This document shows positions 36,653 through 46,682 of a DNA stretch of 64,000 nt, piece by piece (positions within the stretch are counted from its first letter, which is position 1; every line of letters starts with the position of its first letter). The DNA is from Enterobacter phage ZX14, in sequence record PP236086.1; one strand, written 5' to 3'. Both the position numbers and the translations under genes were made by a program. The notes beneath the pieces are model-generated. The model saw only the letters and a program-made list of their open reading frames with translations. It searched no databases and was not told the DNA's origin.

Positions 36653-38116
36653 TTAGTAAATATAATCATATATTATTCCATTTTCAAGAGCCGAGCGGTG
36701 AACAATCCTACCGTTTCTAGATTCTTGCACATCAACTTCTGGGTAGTCCGTAATCATTTTAGACAGAACTGCCAAATGACAATGATAAGGACTATCAAGC
36801 CAAGAGGCAGTTTTCCAATCTTTACCTTCTGAAGTAAGCTTCTGGATAGCATCCATAACCCACCAACCAGCCCAGATATAAGCAGATGCTCTCCACGGTA
36901 ACGGGTGTACATAAATTAATTCACATGCCATATCAGGTATATTTACGGTATATGAAGCTTCAAAAGACCTTTCACTATACCCAGGAGCAGAAATGGTTAC
37001 CTTAAGATGATAAGTATTTTCGCCAGGTCTAATCGATTTTGGTTCTAAATTTACACTAGGATACTTAGTACCTTGATCTGTCCACTCATATGCAACTGTG
37101 GCATTAGATAAATCAATACCGATTATTTTAGGAGATAATACAAATTTCTCTCCTTCTGGGACTGGAAGACTTTGATGACTTGCTTCTATGCTAAGCGTTA
37201 CATCAGGAATAACTGTTATCGTTGCGTTGTTTTGACTGATGATAGGAGGATATGTTTCCGAGCCAATAAAAATAATTTCAGCTTTAGCCGATACTTTATA
37301 TTGCTTCATAGTACTTTGACTAAATGTATAGTTAGGTCCTACGGCTCCTTCTACTAAAACATCATCAACATACCAGCTATAAACTATATTACTAATAGGG
37401 GATTCGACACGAGATAAATCAAGAATATACACTAGCGTTACGGGCTCATCAATAAGAACGGTTTTATTGCCTGGTTCTAAATTAGACCCAACAGTGTTTG
37501 AAAGAGGCGTAGTTACAACGGTTACATCCTTTGTTGCAAAAACACGAGTTACCATATAATTAGGATGGGTAAGTTTGGCCTCTACTGTATAAATCCTAGT
37601 CCCGACTTTATCACCTCTAGCAGTGAATAAAGAATTAGTTTCATTAGCAATAGGCTGCAAAACATTGTCTACTTTTTCACTCCAAGTGTATTTTAAAGTT
37701 AAACTAGGGTCGGACAGCAGTGGATGGGTAACAGATATAGATGCTTTGAGATCGGTATTAGAAAGATGTTCTATTGTTACTGTGGAGGGGCCTTCTATTT
37801 TTATACTAGGTGAGCCCATGTATCCTAAACCCGAAGTCAATGTGTAATATGCTTCAAATTGTTCATCTTCATAGCCAGGCTTAGAAACAGTAGCTCTTAA
37901 AATTACTTGCTCTGTACCAGGTCTAATCCAAGTGGGTTCTAAAGTAGGCGTATTATAGAATTGATCTCTAAAAGACCAGTTATAATCACTTATTACCGCA
38001 TCATCAAGTCCTGTTACTTGGGCGCTAAGGATAAATGTTTCATCCTCAAAAGGGCGTGGGAAAGAATCATAGTTTTGGACTATTTCTAATGTCGCCGGGT
38101 TCGGAAGATCTGCCAT
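36653..38116 (-). CDS. hoc: Hoc highly immunogenic outer capsid protein, enlarged (about four Ig-like domains + capsid-binding domain)
   Basis: C-terminus YVHPLPWRASAYIWAGWWVMDAIQKLTSEGKDWKT...YPEVDVQESRNGRIVHRSALENGIIYDY matches the T4 Hoc capsid-binding domain; 487 aa vs 376 in T4; start at second ATG with GGAG SD. Confidence 0.85.
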   Translation of the reverse strand: MADLPNPATLEIVQNYDSFPRPFEDETFILSAQVTGLDDAVISDYNWSFRDQFYNTPTLEPTWIRPGTEQVILRATVSKPGYEDEQFEAYYTLTSGLGYMGSPSIKIEGPSTVTIEHLSNTDLKASISVTHPLLSDPSLTLKYTWSEKVDNVLQPIANETNSLFTARGDKVGTRIYTVEAKLTHPNYMVTRVFATKDVTVVTTPLSNTVGSNLEPGNKTVLIDEPVTLVYILDLSRVESPISNIVYSWYVDDVLVEGAVGPNYTFSQSTMKQYKVSAKAEIIFIGSETYPPIISQNNATITVIPDVTLSIEASHQSLPVPEGEKFVLSPKIIGIDLSNATVAYEWTDQGTKYPSVNLEPKSIRPGENTYHLKVTISAPGYSERSFEASYTVNIPDMACELIYVHPLPWRASAYIWAGWWVMDAIQKLTSEGKDWKTASWLDSPYHCHLAVLSKMITDYPEVDVQESRNGRIVHRSALENGIIYDYIY

Positions 38117-38133
38117 TTTATTCTCCATTTATA

Positions 38134-38147
38134 GGGGCCGAAGCCCC
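38134..38147 (-). promoter_or_regulatory. GGGGC-UUCG-GCCCC hairpin immediately upstream of TATAAATG late-promoter-like box for hoc
   Basis: minus-strand reading GGGGCTTCGGCCCC-TATAAATGG-AGAATAAAATG. Confidence 0.4.
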
Positions 38148-38156
38148 ATTGTCAAA

Positions 38157-38879
38157 TTACTTGAGTGTTACGAAAGATGAGTTGCGTGTTTCTCTAACAA
38201 GAATAGAACCATCTCTATAAATGTAGTAGAGTAAGCTGAATAGCGTTTGGTGCGCGCTAGGATGAGGGAAGCTGGTAGGTCGAGATTTCCAATCTGGAGT
38301 CTCTTTAATCCATTGGTAAATCCACCAAGGTAGAGTTACATAACCTGGATTTTTGCCCATCAGAATAAGATGAGGGCTGAAGTCAGCTGGTAATTCGAAT
38401 TTTTCTTCTGAAGTTTCTTCTTTATTTTCTGGAATAGTCGGAGCATTAATTACAGGCTCTTCATAAACTACTTCAGCTTTAATTGGGATTATTTCAGGTT
38501 GACGTAGCTCAACTTCAGGAATTTGAACCGGGGCTTCATTAACTTGAATGTGTTCGACCGCATGAGTCATCGGAGCATCAAACAGCAGAACCGCTTCTTC
38601 TTTAGCTTCGGTTTCACCTTCAATATGAGCTTTAGCGCCACTGATTTCGTCATCAGCATCAATCAAATCACTGATACTCAACCCACCTTCCACTTCATCA
38701 ACTGGTTCAGCAGCAAGTTCTTTAAGACCGGCTTCGATGTCAATTACTAGATTATCAAAACCTTTAGATTTTTTGAGTTGAAGGCCAAACTGTTCTGCAT
38801 ATTCAATAAGTTTAGCCTTAGCTTCTTTTTTATCGTCTAATTGACGGAGTTCTTCAATATACTGGTGGTCCATAATCAT
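38157..38879 (-). CDS. inh: Inh-position protein (putative prohead protease inhibitor / internal head protein), acidic
   Basis: position between uvsW and hoc as T4 inh; start moved to internal ATG downstream of minus-strand TATAAATA. Confidence 0.45.
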   Translation of the reverse strand: MIMDHQYIEELRQLDDKKEAKAKLIEYAEQFGLQLKKSKGFDNLVIDIEAGLKELAAEPVDEVEGGLSISDLIDADDEISGAKAHIEGETEAKEEAVLLFDAPMTHAVEHIQVNEAPVQIPEVELRQPEIIPIKAEVVYEEPVINAPTIPENKEETSEEKFELPADFSPHLILMGKNPGYVTLPWWIYQWIKETPDWKSRPTSFPHPSAHQTLFSLLYYIYRDGSILVRETRNSSFVTLK

Positions 38880-38893
38880 TCTCTTTTCTAGTG

Positions 38894-38915
38894 TATAAAT
38901 ATGTATGTATTTATA
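38894..38915. promoter_or_regulatory. divergent late promoters TATAAATA for uvsW (+) and inh/hoc (-)
   Basis: TATAAATA at 38894-38901 (+) and TATTTATA at 38908-38915 (= TATAAATA on minus). Confidence 0.5.
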
Positions 38916-38931
38916 ACTAGAGAATATCCTC

Positions 38932-40431
38932 ATGCAAATCAAAGTTCATTTTGAAAATTTTAGTCATGTACGTATTGAGTGTGATGAATCCACTTTCTAC
39001 GAACTAAGAGACTATTTCTCATTCGAAGCCGACGGCTATAAGTTTAACCCTAAGTTCAAATATGGTCAGTGGGACGGGAGAATTCGTCTTCTTGATTACA
39101 ACCGTATGTTACCGTATGGTCTAGTTCCACAGATGCGTAAATTCGCAGACCAATTCGAATACGAATTGTGGGTTGACCCTAAAATCACAGAGAAAGAAGA
39201 AATCACTCGTGAAGGGTTTGATTCATGGTTATCTGAACTAGAAATTTATTCAGGTTCAACTAAGATTGAGCCTCATTGGTATCAAAAAGACGCTGTGTTC
39301 ACCGGCTTGACCAACAGACGTAATATCCTGAATTTACCTACATCTGCAGGTAAATCGTTAATACAGGCACTCCTGAGTCGTTATTACGTAGAGAACTATG
39401 AAGGTAAAATTCTTATCTTAGTTCCTACTACTGCACTCGTCGACCAGATGATAAATGACTTTGCCGATTATCGTTTATTCGGTAAACAACATATGCTCGG
39501 TATTCGCGCTGGTACTAAGCGTGATTCAGATGCAATGATTTATGTCAGTACTTATCAAACTGCAATTAAACAGCCCAAAGAATGGTTTGCCCAGTTCGGC
39601 TTATTCATGAATGACGAATGCCATTTAGCGACAGGTAAAAGTATTTCTACCATTATTGAAGGTTTAACGAACTGTATGTTTAAGTTCGGTCTTTCAGGTT
39701 CACTGAAAGACGGCAAAGCCAACCTTATGCAATATATGGGCTTGTTCGGTGATATTTTCCGCCCGGTATCAACTTCACAATTAATGGATGAAGGCGCCGT
39801 TACGGACCTTAAAATTAACTCAATATTCCTTCGTTATCCGGATGAATTCTGCGTTAAAATGAAAGGTAAGGATTACCAAACCGAAATCAAAGTTATTACC
39901 AAAGCAGATCGTAGAAATAAATGGGTTGCTAATCTCGCTGCCAAATTGGCAAAGAATGATGAAAACGTGTTCTTGATGTTTAAGAATATCGAACATGGTA
40001 AAAAATTGGTAGAGTTGGTTAAAGAGGCTGGTGCAGAAAAAGTCTATTACGTTTCAGGTGAAGTCACTACTGAAGTTCGTAACGCTTTAAAAGAAATGGC
40101 CGAAAATGGCAAAGGTATTGTTGTGGTTGCGTCGTATGGCGTATTTTCTACAGGTATCAGCGTTAAAAACTTACACCATGTAATTTTTGCACATCCGGTT
40201 AAATCTAAAATTATTGTTCTTCAGACTATTGGCCGTGTTCTTCGTAAACATACTAGTAAGAAAGTTGCTCAGGTCTGGGACATTATCGACGATATGGGTG
40301 TTAAACCTAAATCAGCAACAGCCAAGAAAAAATATGTTCATTTAAATTATGCATTAAAACATGCTCTTGAACGTATCCAGCGTTATGCTGACGAACAATT
40401 CAACTATGTAATGAAACAGGTAGAAATCTAA
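38932..40431 (+). CDS. uvsW: UvsW DNA/RNA helicase
   Basis: 499 aa; MQIKVHFENFSHVRIECDESTFYELRDYFSFEADGYKF... and helicase motifs (TSAGKS, DECH) as T4 UvsW. Confidence 0.95.
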   Translation: MQIKVHFENFSHVRIECDESTFYELRDYFSFEADGYKFNPKFKYGQWDGRIRLLDYNRMLPYGLVPQMRKFADQFEYELWVDPKITEKEEITREGFDSWLSELEIYSGSTKIEPHWYQKDAVFTGLTNRRNILNLPTSAGKSLIQALLSRYYVENYEGKILILVPTTALVDQMINDFADYRLFGKQHMLGIRAGTKRDSDAMIYVSTYQTAIKQPKEWFAQFGLFMNDECHLATGKSISTIIEGLTNCMFKFGLSGSLKDGKANLMQYMGLFGDIFRPVSTSQLMDEGAVTDLKINSIFLRYPDEFCVKMKGKDYQTEIKVITKADRRNKWVANLAAKLAKNDENVFLMFKNIEHGKKLVELVKEAGAEKVYYVSGEVTTEVRNALKEMAENGKGIVVVASYGVFSTGISVKNLHHVIFAHPVKSKIIVLQTIGRVLRKHTSKKVAQVWDIIDDMGVKPKSATAKKKYVHLNYALKHALERIQRYADEQFNYVMKQVEI

Positions 40432-40658
40432 TGAAATCATTTGCCGATATTATCTATGAAGCTAGTATTGATAGCTTTATGTCTAAGATTGGCTCTTGTC
40501 AGACCCTAGATGGTCTGAAGGAGCTCGAAAAATATTACAAAACTCGTGTTAAAGAAACGGATTTGAAAGATTCTGACGATATCAGCATCAGAGATGCTTT
40601 AGAAGGTAAGAAAGTAGAACTTACTTCTATCGATGATGAGGAAGAAGAGGAATTTTAA
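40431..40658 (+). CDS. uvsW.1: UvsW.1
   Basis: 75 aa acidic C-terminal ORF ATGA-coupled to uvsW, as T4 UvsW.1 (76 aa). Confidence 0.75.
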   Translation: MKSFADIIYEASIDSFMSKIGSCQTLDGLKELEKYYKTRVKETDLKDSDDISIRDALEGKKVELTSIDDEEEEEF

Positions 40659-40714
40659 TACAAAAAAAGCCCCAACCGAAAGGAAGGGGCAAAACCAACA
40701 AGTTGGTTATCTCA

Positions 40715-40879
40715 CTAGATTAAAAGCTGAGTCTCGTTTAACTGCTCTTCGGCAGATTCCGTTACCGGCAAACTTTCAGCATAATTATAACATTGGCCAG
40801 GATGGCATGGGCCTCGGTCTGTTTCAACAACCAATGCATCGTCGATTGGCGTTTTACAGACAACACAAATCTGCGACAT
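40715..40879 (-). CDS. small zinc-ribbon protein (uvsY.-2-like), 54 aa
   Basis: Not in the >=60 aa ORF track; MSQICVVCKTPIDDALVVETDRGPCHPGQCYNY... with CxxC...CxxxxC pattern; strong SD TAAGGAGA 5 nt upstream; position between uvsW and uvsY. Confidence 0.55.
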   Translation of the reverse strand: MSQICVVCKTPIDDALVVETDRGPCHPGQCYNYAESLPVTESAEEQLNETQLLI

Positions 40880-40996
40880 GATTGTCTCCTTAGTTGTTTG
40901 TATATGTTTATTTATTACAAATGAAACGTAAGAACTTTTGAATTCTTACATCAGAAGGTTTATCTTTCTTATAGCTTTTCCAAGTGCGATTACCCA

Positions 40997-41428
40997 TTAC
41001 TTTTCACCTGCTTCGAATTTACGGATGTCTAACATCGTTTTCAGCGAGAATCCACGAGCCTTGATTGCATCAAGCGCTGAACTACAAAAATCTTGCAATA
41101 ATCCCCAATACTGCATTTGAGTATCAAGTTTTAGGATACTTGAATCCGCAGCCATCACAGTCTTCATTTCGGTCGGCGTATACTGGTCCATACAGACTTC
41201 TTCGCCAGGCTCACTTCTTCCGGAATAGAAATCTAAACGCTTTTTAGATGCAGATTTTTTCTGAATCTCGATACGCATAATTTCTTTCTTACAATTACTA
41301 TACAGACGTAACCACTTACTGTGCAACAGCACGTTGTGCTGTACTTCGTATTGTAATTTCGTTCCGTCGATAACTAAATCTTTATCTAACTCTTCTTGGA
41401 ACGCCTCTAATTTAAATTCTAGTGCCAT
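40997..41428 (-). CDS. uvsY: UvsY recombination mediator
   Basis: 143 aa; KLQYEVQHNVLLHSKWL...LQYWGLLQDFCSSALDAIKARGF closely matches T4 UvsY. Confidence 0.9.
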   Translation of the reverse strand: MALEFKLEAFQEELDKDLVIDGTKLQYEVQHNVLLHSKWLRLYSNCKKEIMRIEIQKKSASKKRLDFYSGRSEPGEEVCMDQYTPTEMKTVMAADSSILKLDTQMQYWGLLQDFCSSALDAIKARGFSLKTMLDIRKFEAGEK

Positions 41429-41486
41429 AATGTTTCCTGTTGTTTAACCCATAGACCCATTATAACACAAGGCCTATGGACAGCAA

Positions 41487-41876
41487 TTAACCACCACTTC
41501 TGAGCTGGATTCTAATTTGCTCTAAAGTATCTGGGTCATCGACTATTGAAAAGCGAACCGTAACAATTATTGAGTTGTCATCATAGATTGGCGTCACTTG
41601 AACACCTAATTGAGACACTCTTGGCTCGAAGTTTTTAATAGCAGAAACAATATTACGCTGAATAGTATCAGCCACTAGAGGTGTCATATTTTCAAAAAGC
41701 TGGTCAGTTATATCACAACCAAATTCAGGTTGGAAAGGGCGTGAGCCCTTTCTTGTAGTAACGATACCGAGAATACTGTTTTTAACTGCACGTGCGCCTA
41801 CTACTTTAGCAACATCATAACGATAGTCTTGCTGCATATTAGGCGACAGGTCGGAGTACATTTTATTGATGTTCAT
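41487..41876 (-). CDS. 25: gp25 baseplate wedge (sheath initiator)
   Basis: 129 aa; TTRKGSRPFQPEFGCDITDQLFENMTPL matches T4 gp25. Confidence 0.9.
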   Translation of the reverse strand: MNINKMYSDLSPNMQQDYRYDVAKVVGARAVKNSILGIVTTRKGSRPFQPEFGCDITDQLFENMTPLVADTIQRNIVSAIKNFEPRVSQLGVQVTPIYDDNSIIVTVRFSIVDDPDTLEQIRIQLRSGG

Positions 41877-42499
41877 TATATCAACTTAAAGAACTCTTTA
41901 AGCCCCTTGACAACATGAATTTCGTTATGGCCACACTCACAAGAGATAGGCACTGCTAATTGGACTTGTGGTTCAGTCAAATGAGCGAAAATCTTTTCAA
42001 TATCTTCTACTGTGATAGCAGAATAAAGATCATTTACTTCTTCATCCGATAAATCATCAGGGAAGATTTCAACATCATCAGGCGTAACAATAGAATGAAT
42101 GCATTCTGCTACGGTTTGAGCTTTGTATTTGTCTTGGAAGATATTAGGCCATCTGAATCTAATTTTAAAGTTAGTAAAGGCCCAGACAACGTCCCTGGCT
42201 TCTGTAGTGCTTGCCTGAATAAGATTCATTGGAACCATTTGTTCCCGCCCACAGGCACAATGCCACGGACGTTCTACGTTAACTTCACCTAATGATTGGG
42301 CCCACAGCTTAACCAGCAGTAATTCTCCTTCATGACGAGGGAGCTCAGGGGCGTCTGTACATTTCTTAAACAGTTCTAAAATTTCTTCTTCAAGTCGCCC
42401 TTCGAGTTTTGCCTTTAAAAGGTCTTTATATTCACGTAAAGTGAATGCACGGCAATTGATGGTTTTATCACCAATCTTCGTCACAAAATTATAGTTCAT
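41876..42499 (-). CDS. 26: gp26 baseplate hub
   Basis: 207 aa from internal ATG with AAGGAG SD; synteny 25-26-51. Confidence 0.75.
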   Translation of the reverse strand: MNYNFVTKIGDKTINCRAFTLREYKDLLKAKLEGRLEEEILELFKKCTDAPELPRHEGELLLVKLWAQSLGEVNVERPWHCACGREQMVPMNLIQASTTEARDVVWAFTNFKIRFRWPNIFQDKYKAQTVAECIHSIVTPDDVEIFPDDLSDEEVNDLYSAITVEDIEKIFAHLTEPQVQLAVPISCECGHNEIHVVKGLKEFFKLI

Positions 42500-42519
42500 A
42501 GTTGGCTCCTTAATAAGCG

Positions 42520-42531
42520 TATTTATAAATA
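42520..42531. promoter_or_regulatory. palindromic divergent late promoters TATTTATAAATA for gp51 (+) and gp26 (-)
   Basis: TATAAATA readable on both strands within 12 nt. Confidence 0.55.
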
Positions 42532-42547
42532 CACGAAAGGAGATACT

Positions 42548-43297
42548 ATGGCAAATATAATCAGATGTACTATGCCAGATGGTGTCCATCGTTTCAAACC
42601 GTTTACAGTCTCAGACTACAGAGATTTCTTATTGGTCCGAAATGACATGGATAACTATCCGGAAGACGAACAACAAAAATTGATGGATGAATTGTTAGCA
42701 GATTATTTCGGAGATTATCCTGAAAGCTGGCGTCCATATATTTTTATCCAAGTGTTTACAGCCTCTATTGGTAAGACTAAAATTCCGGTTGCATTTGAAT
42801 GTAACGAATGCGGTGCTTCTAAGCAACGACTTTTTAACTTAGCGCTTCCTCCACTAAAAGAACCTGAACTAGAAACAGCCGGTGTTAAGATAAAATTTAA
42901 ATTCCCTGATAAAGAGTATGAAGACAAGACCCAAATGATTTTAGAAAATATAAAGTCGGTCGAAGATTCAGACGGTGAATATAAATGGGAAGATATACCA
43001 GAAGAAACACAAATCCAAGTTATTGACGCTATAGATTTAGAATCTTTAGAGAAGCTTATAACTGAAATGAAACCATTCCATATTAAGTTTAAATATGGAT
43101 GTTGCACACAACATGTTGCGTATTATGATAAAATGGTGGATATTTTCAAAATACTTTTAAACCCTAGTGAAGTGTTTAGTTTCTATCAGGTAAACCATTT
43201 ACTAGTAAAAAGCCACTACACATTAGATAGCATAATGTCTATGCTTCCTATTGAAAGAAATATAGCGTTATCCCTAGTAGAAAAGGATCTTAAATGA
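42548..43297 (+). CDS. 51: gp51 baseplate hub assembly catalyst
   Basis: 249 aa, same length as T4 gp51, synteny. Confidence 0.8.
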   Translation: MANIIRCTMPDGVHRFKPFTVSDYRDFLLVRNDMDNYPEDEQQKLMDELLADYFGDYPESWRPYIFIQVFTASIGKTKIPVAFECNECGASKQRLFNLALPPLKEPELETAGVKIKFKFPDKEYEDKTQMILENIKSVEDSDGEYKWEDIPEETQIQVIDAIDLESLEKLITEMKPFHIKFKYGCCTQHVAYYDKMVDIFKILLNPSEVFSFYQVNHLLVKSHYTLDSIMSMLPIERNIALSLVEKDLK

Positions 43298-44505
43298 CTA
43301 ACAAATCTATACAACGTGAAGGTTATCCTAATATAAGCATAAAGCTTTATCAGGATTATGATGCATGGCAAACTAACCGTTTTGTAGAGTTAGCTGCAAC
43401 CTTTACTACATTAACAATGAGAGACGGGCTTAATGGCGTTAATGAAGGTCTTCTTCAATTTTATGACGCTAAGAATCTCCATACTAAAATGGATGGCGAA
43501 CAGATAATCCAGATATCTGTTGGTAATGCAAACTCTCAAAGAACACAAACAAGAATTTATGGTTGTAAACACTTTGCCGTTGGTGTTGACTCTAAAGGCG
43601 ATAATATTATTACAATCCAACTGGCTACCATTCATTCTTTAGAGAACCTTAAATTTAGCCGAATGTTCTTCCCGTCGGTTCAAGAAACACTTATTGAAAT
43701 GCTTGGTGTTATTTACCAAGACCGTACATTACTTACTCCTCCGGTGAATGGAATTAACGTGTATGTGCCTAATGTCCCTTGGTGCGACAATATAAACCGT
43801 TATATGGCCTTCGTCCGTGAAATGGGTCTTGCAGTTGAAAGTGACCAATTTGTATTTTGTTGGGAAGATATTGACGGTATAGAAATAATGGACTATCAAA
43901 GCATGATAGAACAAGAGCCATTGAAATTTGCCGTCGGTGAACCAAGACTTATTGGACAATATGTCCAAGATTTAGAAATGCCTATTGCATTTGATTTTGA
44001 ATGGATGACTAAGGCTAACCAGCATACTAAAAAGCCATATCAGAATGCCACTTTATATGCACATTCGTTTTTAGATAAAAACGCCACTAGAGTAACATTT
44101 GGTGAAGGCCAGAACAGTATATTTGTTTCACGTTCAGGTGCATACGCAGAAGCGACATACCGAAACGGTTATGAAGAAGCTAACCGTATTATTACTATGT
44201 CTCAATATGATGGTTATGCTAAGTGTAAAGTATTTGGTAATTTTGAAGTAACTCCGGGTGATAAGATTAATTTCTACGACCCTAAGAATCAATTCCAATT
44301 TGATTTTTATGTAGACGAAGTTATTCATGAAGTGAGTAACAATACATCTATCACTAATATTTACATGTTTACGAATGGTACTCCAATTAAAGTTGAAGAA
44401 GTGCCTAAGGTTAAAAATGAACTTAAAACTTATTCTGCCGATGAAGAAAATACTGATGAATCAGAAGGAAATCAGTATTCCAAAACTAGGCTTAAAACAT
44501 CATAA
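43294..44505 (+). CDS. 27: gp27 baseplate hub
   Basis: 403 aa (T4 391), synteny. Confidence 0.85.
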   Translation: MTNKSIQREGYPNISIKLYQDYDAWQTNRFVELAATFTTLTMRDGLNGVNEGLLQFYDAKNLHTKMDGEQIIQISVGNANSQRTQTRIYGCKHFAVGVDSKGDNIITIQLATIHSLENLKFSRMFFPSVQETLIEMLGVIYQDRTLLTPPVNGINVYVPNVPWCDNINRYMAFVREMGLAVESDQFVFCWEDIDGIEIMDYQSMIEQEPLKFAVGEPRLIGQYVQDLEMPIAFDFEWMTKANQHTKKPYQNATLYAHSFLDKNATRVTFGEGQNSIFVSRSGAYAEATYRNGYEEANRIITMSQYDGYAKCKVFGNFEVTPGDKINFYDPKNQFQFDFYVDEVIHEVSNNTSITNIYMFTNGTPIKVEEVPKVKNELKTYSADEENTDESEGNQYSKTRLKTS

Positions 44506-44938
44506 TTTGGTTAAAGATGAAAAAGACCCTGTAAAGGCTCTTCGCATGATTATGCGAACTATTCATCCTGATTTAGATGCAGCCGAAACAGATTTTGTAT
44601 CTTTACATCTTTTAGAATTCAATGGTAAATTAAAGAGTGAAGTTGTTAAAGATGGCTTTACTTATCGTTTAGCTGATGTTTATATTTGTCAACGACTTGA
44701 ATTCCAATATCAAGGAAATACGTTCAAATTCAGGTCTCACAAACCATTTGAAACGTTTGGTCCTGTCGATGCGGTTTTACAAACTCTTTATCTCGGCGAT
44801 GACGTACCAGATTTTCTGGATATGCCTGCTTTCGTAGCTAAATGGGCAGATGATATCACAAGCACTGTAGCTATTCCTGGTCCTAATGGCCCTATTAAAG
44901 GAATGCTTGAAATAATGGACCTTTTAAATGTCGAATAA
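44417..44938 (+). CDS. 28: gp28 baseplate hub distal subunit
   Basis: ORF overlapping gp27 3' end; start chosen at ATG with AAGG SD, start uncertain. Confidence 0.65.
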   Translation: MNLKLILPMKKILMNQKEISIPKLGLKHHNLVKDEKDPVKALRMIMRTIHPDLDAAETDFVSLHLLEFNGKLKSEVVKDGFTYRLADVYICQRLEFQYQGNTFKFRSHKPFETFGPVDAVLQTLYLGDDVPDFLDMPAFVAKWADDITSTVAIPGPNGPIKGMLEIMDLLNVE

Positions 44939-46673
44939 ATCTGAACAACAGAGTTTTCGTCGTAGAAAGATTATAGAAGAGTCAGCTCCTCAGCGTCGTG
45001 CTGAGGCCCTGGCTTCCACTCAAAACGACGAATTAAGTAATATTGGTTCTCAGCTACAAGACGTCCAGGCAGCCACAGAGATGGTCGCTGAAGGCATTGA
45101 ACAACAAACTGGAGTAATACAATCATCATTAGACAAAATTGGTAAGAAGGTTGATGATGTTGAAGCCGGTGTAGAACTTGTAGCAGAATCATCTGAATCA
45201 ACTGCGGCAGCGGCCAACGAAACTTCTGCTGCAGCAAAAGCTATTTCAAATAAGTTGGCAAAACTTTCTGAAATGCTTTCTGCTAAATTTAGTGCGGACC
45301 CTAGTCGTGTTCCACAAGCAACTGAAACCGCAGTGGCTGCAGTAGAATCTAATATGCCTATGCCGGTTGAAGAACCAAAGCTTAGAGAACTGTTAGAAAA
45401 ATTAATCCCAGGCGATGCTCCGGCTGAAGATGCCCCGTTCCTCCCTCCTGTGGTTCAACCTCCACAAGAAGAGCAAAAACAAGATAAACCATCTAAACAA
45501 CCTCCTGAAGGGAGTAAATTAGATGACCTTTTGAAAACAACTAAAAAAGGATTTGGTGCTATTGTAAGCGTTACAGACCGAATTGCTGGAATGCTTTTCA
45601 AATACACTATTACGGCTGTAGCTCAAGCTGCTAAATTTGCTGGGATGCTATTGGCCTTAGTTGTCGGCATCGATATGATTCAAGTTTATTTCCAATACTT
45701 CATGAAAGAGTTTAATAAGTCGTGGGATGAATTTGATAAGAAATTCGAAGAATGGGGACCACTAATATCAGACCTTTTAATAATGACCAAAAACGTGTCT
45801 AAAATGTTTGATGAAGGAAACTGGTTTAAATTAGCCGAAGCTATTGTCAAAGGTATGGTTAAACTTACCCTGAATATGGCTGATATCTTGATGCTTGGTA
45901 TTGGTAAATTAACTGCATCATTATTACGTTCTCTTGGCTTTGATGAAACCGCCGATAATATTGAAGGTGGGGCATTGATGACGTACCAACAGAACTCTGG
46001 TGCAGCGTTAAGTGAAGAGGACCAAACTACTCTTGCTAAATATCAAGATAGAAAAGATGCTGAAGCATATAAAGCTAAAGTAGAATTTAATGATCGGTTC
46101 AAAGGTAAAGACAGTGGGCTTAAAGAGGCTCAAAAATACGGAACAGTAACAAAAGAAACTGCTCAAGAAATTAGAGCAGGTAAAGTTGATTCTTCTTTCC
46201 GTGATTTACCTGAATCTCAACGTCTTGAAATAATTAAAAAGCGTAATGAAACCGAAGCTGCTGCCCGCCGCTTGGTTAATAGAGCTGAAGAAATTATGAC
46301 GCCAGACGAAAGAGATAAAGAGAACTTTAAGAAAGAAAAAGACCGTGTTGATACTCTTCTTAAAGACCCTGCTATTAAGCAAGATTCTGCTCTTCAGGCT
46401 TTAGCCAAGAAAATAGATTTGAGCGCTAAGAAATTTGATAAGGTTCCTGTCCAGGCACAACCACCTGAACAAAAAGAAGAAACTATCCAAGTTAAAAGAG
46501 TCATGGAAGCTCAAAAGGCTAAAGAAGCCCAGAAAAATAACGCTGGTGATGGTAAGCTTGGAAATCTTATCCAACAAGTTAACGTTCAGAAAAATAATAA
46601 GACGATGTATACTATGCCTGCTCAAACCTCTATAGCAGACCCTGGAATGCATCGTTCTGTAAATGTGAACTAA
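44928..46673 (+). CDS. 29: gp29 baseplate hub / tail length determinator
   Basis: 581 aa (T4 590), synteny. Confidence 0.85.
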   Translation: MSNKSEQQSFRRRKIIEESAPQRRAEALASTQNDELSNIGSQLQDVQAATEMVAEGIEQQTGVIQSSLDKIGKKVDDVEAGVELVAESSESTAAAANETSAAAKAISNKLAKLSEMLSAKFSADPSRVPQATETAVAAVESNMPMPVEEPKLRELLEKLIPGDAPAEDAPFLPPVVQPPQEEQKQDKPSKQPPEGSKLDDLLKTTKKGFGAIVSVTDRIAGMLFKYTITAVAQAAKFAGMLLALVVGIDMIQVYFQYFMKEFNKSWDEFDKKFEEWGPLISDLLIMTKNVSKMFDEGNWFKLAEAIVKGMVKLTLNMADILMLGIGKLTASLLRSLGFDETADNIEGGALMTYQQNSGAALSEEDQTTLAKYQDRKDAEAYKAKVEFNDRFKGKDSGLKEAQKYGTVTKETAQEIRAGKVDSSFRDLPESQRLEIIKKRNETEAAARRLVNRAEEIMTPDERDKENFKKEKDRVDTLLKDPAIKQDSALQALAKKIDLSAKKFDKVPVQAQPPEQKEETIQVKRVMEAQKAKEAQKNNAGDGKLGNLIQQVNVQKNNKTMYTMPAQTSIADPGMHRSVNVN

Positions 46674-46682
46674 GGAATTCAT

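Noticed and set aside
40633-40881. 82-aa plus-strand ORF after uvsW.1
   Set aside because: Runs through a terminator-like hairpin and is antisense to the better-supported zinc-ribbon ORF with a strong SD; no SD of its own.
42715-43107. 130-aa minus-strand ORF inside gp51
   Set aside because: Shadow ORF within a conserved baseplate gene.
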